Assembly: GCA_037444665.1 (NCBI GenBank)
Contig: JBBILZ010000037.1
Span: 1-26,655, forward strand
Length of the DNA: 26,655 nt
DNA from: a candidate division WOR-3 bacterium
GTDB lineage: Bacteria; Hydrothermota; Tepidihabitantia; SM23-42; JAOAFX01
Direction: 5' to 3'
The notes under the pieces were generated by a model. It saw nothing but the letters and a program-made list of their open reading frames with translations. It did not search any database and was not told where the DNA came from. This document shows positions 18,082 to 24,622 of the stretch, piece after piece; within the stretch, counting starts at the first letter, position 1; each line of letters opens with the position of its first letter. The position numbers were made by a program, and so were the translations under genes.

Positions 18082-20230
18082 ACAGATGTTTAGCCGAGAA
18101 TCTCTTTAATCCAATACCAACTAAAATGTTCAAGGCAATAAGTATTAAAAGGGTGTGAAGAATGCCGAGGATGGGAATAAGAATAATTGTGGTTATCATC
18201 GCACCAAAACTTGAGCCGAGCAAATCAATACCATAGAGAACACCCGCTTTTTTACTGCCTAAAATTTCTAAAGATAAGGGAAAATGAAGACCCCCAAAAA
18301 ACCCACCAACAAAGATTAAAACTCCAATAGCATAGTTTGCACCGGGGATTTTAGCAATTGACATAATCAAAATTATTGAAAAATAGAGGGCGATAGATAA
18401 TTGTATAACAGAGAGTATACGGACACCCTCACTCATACCTTCTCCTTTTAAGGGAGAAGAATAATCTTCAAATAGTTTCTTTTTAAACCTTATATATATG
18501 AATGTACCACAGGTTAGTCCGAGCATAAAAAAGCCGATAATTATGCCAAGCCAGGCATAGACATAGCCGTAGAATACCTGGAAGAGTATTAAAAGAATGA
18601 GTTCAGCAGAAATCCCGCCCGCTCCCATTGAAAAGACTGATAAATATATGATTGTTTTGCGGTGCCAGAACAACAAAATTAAAATTAAAGGCAGAAAAAA
18701 AATAATTGGATGCACTTTGAAAAAATTCATAAATAACCATTTCAGGTTTTTTGATATAATACCACCATAGAGCATATTATTAAAATAATAACACACCGGT
18801 TTTAAATCAGTATTAGGATATGCCCTACTTTGTTCAATGCTTGTTTTCAGATAATTAATCCTTTCCTCAGTAAAATTATAATCAAAGAAATAACTGTTCA
18901 CATATAACAGGTTTAAATTTCTCTGTTCAATTTGCTCTTTAAGTATATTAGCAATCTTTTCAGTTATTGCGTAGTCTCCGGCAATATATGTGGTCTTTGC
19001 CGCAGGCAAAACATAGATATTTTTAAAAACCGCCTGAAGTGATTGGTAGATAGTTCCCAGAAACTGCTTGTAAATCGGGCTCAGAATATCGGATGGCGCA
19101 GTTATTCTTATTGAAAACAATCCATCAGATTTTAATCTACTTTTGACTTCTTGAAAAAAATCTTTTGTATAATATCTATTCAACTGCGCATTAATCGGGT
19201 CAGAAAGATTTATAATAATACAATCAAATTTGTCCTTTGTTTTTTTTATGAAAAATCTACCATCCGCAATAATAATATTCAATCTATTATCTACCGAACT
19301 GCTTATATATTTTCGGCTGACTTCAATAATTTTAGGGTCAAGTTCAAGATAGATTAATTTTTTAACGGTCCAGTGCTTGAGAATTTCATCTATTCCTCCT
19401 GCCATACCTCCACCAATGAGTAGCACATCTTCTGGCTTATAGTGTAATAGCAAAGGATAATGGACTGCTTCTTCTGCAGTGTAGTTATCAGGGTAAGCAA
19501 AATCAAAAAAACCATTAGAATAAAAATTTAACTGACTTTCAGTTCGGGTAATTGCAATGGTTCCATATCTGGATTCGTAAAGACCAATAAGTTGCTGTCC
19601 GGGCACCTGAACCTTTCTAAAGAAAAATTCCAGGGCATCTATCTTTATCAACAAAAACAGTGGTAATAAACATAAAATCAACAGTAATTTTTTTTTCAGG
19701 CAGAATAGACCAGCAAATAATAATAATGATATAATTATCAATATAATCCCAAATGGAGGGAGAATAGAAACCAAAAGAAATGAGAATAATAATCCACCTG
19801 CGAATGAACCGAGCCCTTCAATCAGATAAACTTTTTGAGCCAGAATTATTGATGACGCTGATGGGAATAGGGCACCAAAAACAAGGCAGGTGGGACACAA
19901 AGTTATAACAGAAATAATTATAATCTTTTCAAACCCAACAACCTCACCAAATGGTAAAGAGAATACTACTGGTGCAATCCTGAAAAATATTAACGAAAAC
20001 ATCAGGGAGATACAGAGTAAAAAAAGCAGCAAGGCATAAGTCAGAATAGGTGCGAACTTTGGCTTACATTTTGAATATAAAATACTACCCAGGCCTGTCC
20101 ACAAAAGCCAGAAAAAAAATACAATGCCTGACACTAATTCATTACCGGCAAAAAATGCCAGACTTTCACGAATAAGAAGGGCCTGGCTCATTACTGCTGC
20201 AATACCTGAAACAAAGACTGCAATATGCAT
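18071..20230 (-). CDS. Membrane-fused spermidine-synthase-like (class I SAM-binding) protein, 719 aa
   Basis: N- and C-terminal multi-TM regions flank ESRYG, VLLIGGG, YLELDP, DGRFFI, D-II-NLSDP and YTKDFF. Confidence 0.85.
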   Translation of the reverse strand: MHIAVFVSGIAAVMSQALLIRESLAFFAGNELVSGIVFFFWLLWTGLGSILYSKCKPKFAPILTYALLLFLLCISLMFSLIFFRIAPVVFSLPFGEVVGFEKIIIISVITLCPTCLVFGALFPSASSIILAQKVYLIEGLGSFAGGLLFSFLLVSILPPFGIILIIISLLLFAGLFCLKKKLLLILCLLPLFLLIKIDALEFFFRKVQVPGQQLIGLYESRYGTIAITRTESQLNFYSNGFFDFAYPDNYTAEEAVHYPLLLHYKPEDVLLIGGGMAGGIDEILKHWTVKKLIYLELDPKIIEVSRKYISSSVDNRLNIIIADGRFFIKKTKDKFDCIIINLSDPINAQLNRYYTKDFFQEVKSRLKSDGLFSIRITAPSDILSPIYKQFLGTIYQSLQAVFKNIYVLPAAKTTYIAGDYAITEKIANILKEQIEQRNLNLLYVNSYFFDYNFTEERINYLKTSIEQSRAYPNTDLKPVCYYFNNMLYGGIISKNLKWLFMNFFKVHPIIFFLPLILILLFWHRKTIIYLSVFSMGAGGISAELILLILFQVFYGYVYAWLGIIIGFFMLGLTCGTFIYIRFKKKLFEDYSSPLKGEGMSEGVRILSVIQLSIALYFSIILIMSIAKIPGANYAIGVLIFVGGFFGGLHFPLSLEILGSKKAGVLYGIDLLGSSFGAMITTIILIPILGILHTLLILIALNILVGIGLKRFSAKHLLPS
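18424..18461 (-). repeat. CCTCTCCC/TGAGGG-type palindromic repeat embedded in frame in a CDS
   Basis: TTCTTCTCCCTTAAAAGGAGAAGGTATGAGTGAGGGTG, 30/38 identical (hand alignment) to the intergenic copy at 24440-24477. Confidence 0.75.
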
Positions 20231-20301
20231 ATTATAAGTTTATGCAAAAATGATTTTTTAACAATATATTAAAAATATAGTGCCTATGCAAAATGTTTAT
20301 T

Positions 20302-20682
20302 TTATTTTACTATCTCAAACCTAACTTTTCTAAAACCAGTTGTAATAAAATAGACGCCTTCAGCAAGTGGTTGTGAAGGATTATAAGGTTCAATCTCAGT
20401 TTCTGAATCTGCCCTGAGGTCAAATGATACATTGGTAATACGCACATTGGGAAGCCAATCTATGCCACCATCAAGGGAAGCAGCATGGCAAACCTGACGG
20501 TAACCAAGACGAAAATCTCGCCGATCAGCAACAAAATTAAGGGTATCAGTGGGATTGATCACAATCTGCTGTTCATTTTGAATCTGTGTCGTATTATCAG
20601 TATTAACTTTGATATTAAGAAAACTCTGGCAATAAAGAAACGGCGCAATAATGAATAGTGCATCAATAATTTTTTTATACAT
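20302..20682 (-). pseudogene. Internally deleted remnant of a BNR/Asp-box secreted protein with a T9SS-type tail (open frame, 126 aa)
   Basis: GGAGG SD; signal-like N-terminus; QNEQQIVINPTDTLN; one Asp-box SLDGGIDW; then directly LAEGVYFI...KVRFEIVK. Confidence 0.55.
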
Positions 20683-20703
20683 AACGCCTCCTGTATTTTT
20701 AGA

Positions 20704-21006
20704 TCAATGTTTACGCGGTCGCCAGCGCCAGGGCGCGCCAATGGTAAAACAGAGACCAATAATAAATCCGAGATTATAGGGCCAGCCAGTATTATTTACC
20801 TCATAGATACCCACCTCTTTTGTAAAAAGGCTGACAACAAAGGTCACTATAAGGATTGTTCCATGCCATAATCCTGCCCAGAATCCGGCTTTATGCCCGG
20901 GATTTTTTGTTTGGTCCCAGCGTTCATTACCCGGTGCACAACTTGATAATAATAGTGCTGACACAATTAAAACTATCATCATCATCTTTATCAAGGTCTT
21001 CTCCAT
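20704..21006 (-). CDS. Small membrane lipoprotein (GFW-GLWHG motif family)
   Basis: AGGAGG SD before ATG 21006; lipobox LSSC; AGFWAGLWHG, IYEVNNTGWPYNLGF. Promoter TTGACA (21050-21045), 16 nt, TATCAT (21028-21023). Confidence 0.8.
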   Translation of the reverse strand: MEKTLIKMMMIVLIVSALLLSSCAPGNERWDQTKNPGHKAGFWAGLWHGTILIVTFVVSLFTKEVGIYEVNNTGWPYNLGFIIGLCFTIGAPWRWRPRKH

Positions 21007-21090
21007 TTTTACCTCCTTGATAATGATACTCTGATTCATTAAAATGTCAATGATAATGTAAATTTTTTTTGAATTGAGTCTGCATTACCC

Positions 21091-21118
21091 TTGACTTATC
21101 AAAAATTTTGATTAAAAT
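21091..21118 (+). promoter_or_regulatory. Sigma70-like promoter of yebC-ruvCAB
   Basis: TTGACT (21091-21096), 16 nt, TAAAAT (21113-21118). Confidence 0.7.
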
Positions 21119-21151
21119 ATAAATGGTAAGAGAAAAGTAAAGGAGTGTGTT

Positions 21152-21913
21152 ATGTCAGGACATTCTAAATGGGCAAAAATTAAAAGAAAAAAAGCCGGGG
21201 CTGATGCTGCCCGGGGTAGAATATTTACCAAATTAATTAGGGAAATTACAATTGCAGCGAGGCATGGTGGTGGTGACCCGAATGCAAACCCGAGGTTGCG
21301 CACTGCGATTGAAGAAGCAAGGGCAGCAAATATGCCTAATGACAATATTGAACGGGCAATAAAAAGGGGAACAGGACAACTTAATGATGGACAGACCCTT
21401 GAAGAAGTGACCTATGAGGGTTATGGACCAAATGGAGTGGCTTTGCTAATCGAGGCGGTCACTGATAATCGGAATCGCACTACGAGTGAGATTAAACATA
21501 TTCTGTCACGGCACAATGGCTCTCTGGGCACTCAAGGCTCAGTTGCCTGGCAATTTCAAACAAGAGGTATAATAGTCATTGATGGCAAAAAATATGAGGA
21601 AGATACGATAATCAGTCTGGCACTTGATGGTGGTGCACTTGATGTTACTAATGAAGAAGGGAATTATCAGGTAATAACACCACCTGAGAATTTTAATAAA
21701 GTAAAGGAAATCTTTAAGAATAACAATATTGAAATCATCAGTAGTGAATTAACCAAGATTCCTCAGAACACGGTGCCCTTGAGTGATAAGGATGCAGAGA
21801 AGGTCTTGAAATTATTTGAAGCACTTGATGAACTTGACGATGTCCAGCATGTCTATGGTAATTTTGATATTGCAGATGAAGTAATGGAAAAACTATCAAA
21901 CCAGAGTGCATAA
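21152..21913 (+). CDS. yebC: YebC/PmpR-family protein
   Basis: MSGHSKWAKIK, NPRLR, YEGYGPNGVA, TDNRNRT and DDVQHVYGN. AAGGAG SD. Confidence 0.97.
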   Translation: MSGHSKWAKIKRKKAGADAARGRIFTKLIREITIAARHGGGDPNANPRLRTAIEEARAANMPNDNIERAIKRGTGQLNDGQTLEEVTYEGYGPNGVALLIEAVTDNRNRTTSEIKHILSRHNGSLGTQGSVAWQFQTRGIIVIDGKKYEEDTIISLALDGGALDVTNEEGNYQVITPPENFNKVKEIFKNNNIEIISSELTKIPQNTVPLSDKDAEKVLKLFEALDELDDVQHVYGNFDIADEVMEKLSNQSA

Positions 21914-21965
21914 AATAGACAACCCCCAATTCTTAATTTTATATCGCCCGTAGCCATTTTGATAG

Positions 21966-22430
21966 ATGAAGATTATGGGTCTTGACCCTGGGATTTCTGC
22001 AACTGGCTATGGGATTATACTGGATAGCAAAAAATCAATCTGTGGCACAATCAGACCCGCAGAAAAAGATTATTATAAAAAAATATCAACAATCTGTGAA
22101 AAGATTAAATTATTGATAAAACAATACCGACCGGATATTGTATCACTGGAAAAGGCATTCTATCAAAAAAATGTGGCAAGTTTGATAAAAATTTCTGAAT
22201 TGCGGGGTGCAATTCTTTATCTGCTGATAGAAAATGGAATTGATTTTTTTGAATACACACCAGCACAGATAAAACTCGCTACCACTGGCAATGGCAGGGC
22301 ATCAAAGCAACAAATTAGATTTGTAATTGAGCGTGTCTTTACGCAAAACAGGTCCCGTATCTCCAACCACGCCATAGATGCGCTGGCAATTGCCTATACT
22401 GCCCAGCATAGACTAAAATTGGTTAAATAG
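21966..22430 (+). CDS. ruvC: Holliday junction resolvase RuvC
   Basis: GLDPG-ATGYG, E-AF, EYTP-QIK--TG-GRASK and DALAIA; conserved synteny. Confidence 0.93.
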   Translation: MKIMGLDPGISATGYGIILDSKKSICGTIRPAEKDYYKKISTICEKIKLLIKQYRPDIVSLEKAFYQKNVASLIKISELRGAILYLLIENGIDFFEYTPAQIKLATTGNGRASKQQIRFVIERVFTQNRSRISNHAIDALAIAYTAQHRLKLVK

Positions 22431-22475
22431 TAATTGGTGAATGGTTAAATATAAATCACTAATAGTGAGGTTGCC

Positions 22476-23021
22476 TTGATTGGAAGATTAAAAGGAAGGG
22501 TCTTAGAAAAATTTCCACCGTATTTGATACTTGATGTATCCGGTATCGGTTTTATTATCCAGTCGCCATTAAATATCTTTGACCATATTGAATTGAACAC
22601 AGATATTGTAGTATACACAAAATGTCTGATAAAAGAAGAAGAAATATTAGTCTTCGGATTTCTGCAGAAATCAGAGCTTGATACATTTGAAGCACTGATA
22701 GGCGTACCTGGTTTAGGACCAAAGTCCGCATTGACCCTGCTTTCAAATTTTTCTCCGGATGAAATCGCCCGTGCAATTGAAGAAGAGAACCTTGAACTAC
22801 TTTCATCAGTGCCACGCATCGGCAAGAAACTCGCAAGCAAGATAATCCTTGAAATGAAAGGAAAATTGAATTTTGTAAAAGAGAGTGGGGCATTTAATCA
22901 GGCATTGAACGCTCTATGTTCTCTTGGTCTTACAAGGGCAGAAGCAATCAACAGGTTAAAAGGTCTACCCAATGACCTTCCTGCTGAAGAACTCATAAAA
23001 CAGGCATTAAAGGGCAAATGA
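22476..23021 (+). CDS. ruvA: Holliday junction branch migration protein RuvA
   Basis: MIGRLKG, DVSGIGF, HhH motifs VPGLGPKSA and VPRIGKKLA, and AL-SLG. Confidence 0.95.
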   Translation: MIGRLKGRVLEKFPPYLILDVSGIGFIIQSPLNIFDHIELNTDIVVYTKCLIKEEEILVFGFLQKSELDTFEALIGVPGLGPKSALTLLSNFSPDEIARAIEEENLELLSSVPRIGKKLASKIILEMKGKLNFVKESGAFNQALNALCSLGLTRAEAINRLKGLPNDLPAEELIKQALKGK

Positions 23022-24034
23022 AAGAAAGAGCACTTTCAGGAATAAAATTTGAGGGTGAGGAGATATATGAACTAACCCTCAGGCCAAAAAAACTTGAGGA
23101 ATTTGTTGGACAGAAAAATACAATTGAAAATTTAAAGGTCTTTATCCAGGCAGCAAAAAAAAGAAAAGAACCATTAGAGCACATCCTCTTATTTGGTCCA
23201 CCAGGCCTGGGTAAAACAACCCTTGCCCATATCATTGCCCGGGAAATGGATGTGAATATCTATCCTACCTCAGGTCCTATACTGGAAAGACCATTTGACC
23301 TCGCAGGCATATTGAGTAATTTAAAGTATGGCGACATTATCTTTATTGATGAAGTTCATCGGATAAACAAACTTGTGGAAGAATATCTATATCCAGCCCT
23401 TGAAGATTTCCATCTTGATATTATCCAGGACAAAGGAATGGGTGCCCAGACACTCCGTTTAAAACTTGAAAAGTTTACCTTGATCGGTGCGACAACCCGC
23501 TCAGGTTTACTCACCTCTCCCCTGCGCTCAAGATTCGGTATAAATTTCAGACTTGATTATTACCCACCTGAAGACCTGGAACAGATTATTAAACGCTCAG
23601 CAAAAATCTTGAAAATTAAATTAGCAAAAGATGCAGGTATGGAAATAGCACGCAGGGCAAGGGGAACACCAAGGGTTGCAAATAGATTATTGCGACGGGT
23701 GCGTGACTTTGCCCAGGTAAAAGAAAAAGAACTTGTTGATTTAGAAATCTGTGAATATGCCTTACAAAAACTTGATGTGGATAAACGAGGACTGGATGAG
23801 ATGGACAAAAAAATTATCCGCACAATCATTGAAAAGTTTCAGGGTGGACCAGTAGGATTGAATAGTCTGGCAGTAGCAGTAGGAGAAGATGCTCAGACCA
23901 TTGAAGAGGTCTTTGAACCATTCCTTATAATGGAAGGCTTTATAAAAAGGACACCAAGGGGCAGGGAAGTGACAAAACTTGCGTATGAGCACTTCAATAT
24001 AAAACCTGACCACGGTCCATTGTTTACATCATAA
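23018..24034 (+). CDS. ruvB: Holliday junction branch migration helicase RuvB
   Basis: LRPK-L-EFVGQ, GPPGLGKT Walker A, FIDEVHR, GATTR, RGTPRVANRLLRRVRD and RTPRGR. Confidence 0.98.
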   Translation: MKERALSGIKFEGEEIYELTLRPKKLEEFVGQKNTIENLKVFIQAAKKRKEPLEHILLFGPPGLGKTTLAHIIAREMDVNIYPTSGPILERPFDLAGILSNLKYGDIIFIDEVHRINKLVEEYLYPALEDFHLDIIQDKGMGAQTLRLKLEKFTLIGATTRSGLLTSPLRSRFGINFRLDYYPPEDLEQIIKRSAKILKIKLAKDAGMEIARRARGTPRVANRLLRRVRDFAQVKEKELVDLEICEYALQKLDVDKRGLDEMDKKIIRTIIEKFQGGPVGLNSLAVAVGEDAQTIEEVFEPFLIMEGFIKRTPRGREVTKLAYEHFNIKPDHGPLFTS

Positions 24035-24038
24035 TATT

Positions 24039-24060
24039 GTAGTTGCCCGATTTATCGGGC
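24039..24060 (+). repeat. GTAG-type REP palindrome
   Basis: GTAGTT-GCCCGA-TTTA-TCGGGC, 20/22 identical to 14472-14493 with a compensatory base-pair change. Confidence 0.8.
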
Positions 24061-24090
24061 ATTATTCAAGGATTGATTTAGAAACAGGTC

Positions 24091-24220
24091 AAATCCCCGT
24101 AGCTTCAATTCTTTTTACATCCCTTGATTCCCCCTGACAACCGCTGATTATTCTTCACCCCTTTTCACCCTTTCGCCCTCTTTAGCCCTCTCGAGCCTTC
24201 TTGAGCCTTTTTAAATCCCA
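24091..24220. repeat. Degenerate ~10-nt periodic pyrimidine-rich repeat tract
   Basis: TTCTTCACCC CTTTTCACCC TTTCGCCCTC TTTAGCCCTC TCGAGCCTTC TTGAGCCTTT. Confidence 0.7.
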
Positions 24221-24223
24221 CCC

Positions 24224-24251
24224 TTGACTTTTTAAATGATACAATTATAAT
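24224..24251 (+). promoter_or_regulatory. Sigma70-like promoter
   Basis: TTGACT (24224-24229), 16 nt, TATAAT (24246-24251). Confidence 0.75.
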
Positions 24252-24322
24252 ATTATATAGGATTGAGTATGTCTTATCTTATCTTAGTCTTAGAAAATCT
24301 GAAGGTTGTTTCTTTGCCGAGT

Positions 24323-24433
24323 TTATAAGGTTCGTTTGAGTCTGCTCCGCCTGACATCGGAGCAGAAAAATATAATGTCAGCGCTTTCACTTGTCGCTCT
24401 CTCTTCTGAGGGAGAGATTTCCACACCTTATAA
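24323..24433 (+). ncRNA. Candidate structured RNA with an H-type pseudoknot (family unknown)
   Basis: Closing stem TTATAAGGT/ACCTTATAA. Stem TCTGCTCCG/CGGAGCAGA whose loop CTGACAT pairs with ATGTCAG (24375-24381). Extra hairpin at 24398-24417. Confidence 0.45.
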
Positions 24434-24439
24434 TTATAC

Positions 24440-24477
24440 TTCCTCTCCCTTGAAGGGAGAGGATAGAGGTGAGGGTG
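24440..24477 (+). repeat. CCTCTCCC/TGAGGG-type palindromic repeat
   Basis: TCCTCTCCCTT-G-AAGGGAGAGGA followed by TAGAGGTGAGGGTG. Confidence 0.75.
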
Positions 24478-24483
24478 AAAAAT

Positions 24484-24507
24484 GTAGCGTCCATCTTTAG
24501 ATGGACG
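24484..24507 (+). repeat. GTAG-type REP palindrome
   Basis: GTAG-CGTCCATC-TTTA-GATGGACG. Confidence 0.75.
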
Positions 24508-24551
24508 AGAATGAATTGATAAGGGTATGGCTCGTCCCTGTCCGTTTAGCA

Positions 24552-24573
24552 GTAGTTGCGTGATTTATCACGC
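24552..24573 (+). repeat. GTAG-type REP palindrome
   Basis: GTAGTT-GCGTGA-TTTA-TCACGC. Confidence 0.8.
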
Positions 24574-24622
24574 AAAATGTCTTATCCCTGTAAAAGATAC
24601 AGGGAGTAAAATGGAGGAAAAA

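Noticed and set aside
22360..22395. RuvC has His (NHAID) where E. coli has Asp
   Set aside because: His at this position is a known natural variant in active RuvC enzymes, so it is not evidence of inactivation.
24091..24220. Repeat tract considered as a CRISPR array
   Set aside because: Units are about 10 nt, degenerate and contiguous, with no spacers and no cas genes.
24306..24500. 64-aa ORF in the ORF track
   Set aside because: TTG start with no convincing SD, and it simply reads through the pseudoknot and repeat elements.
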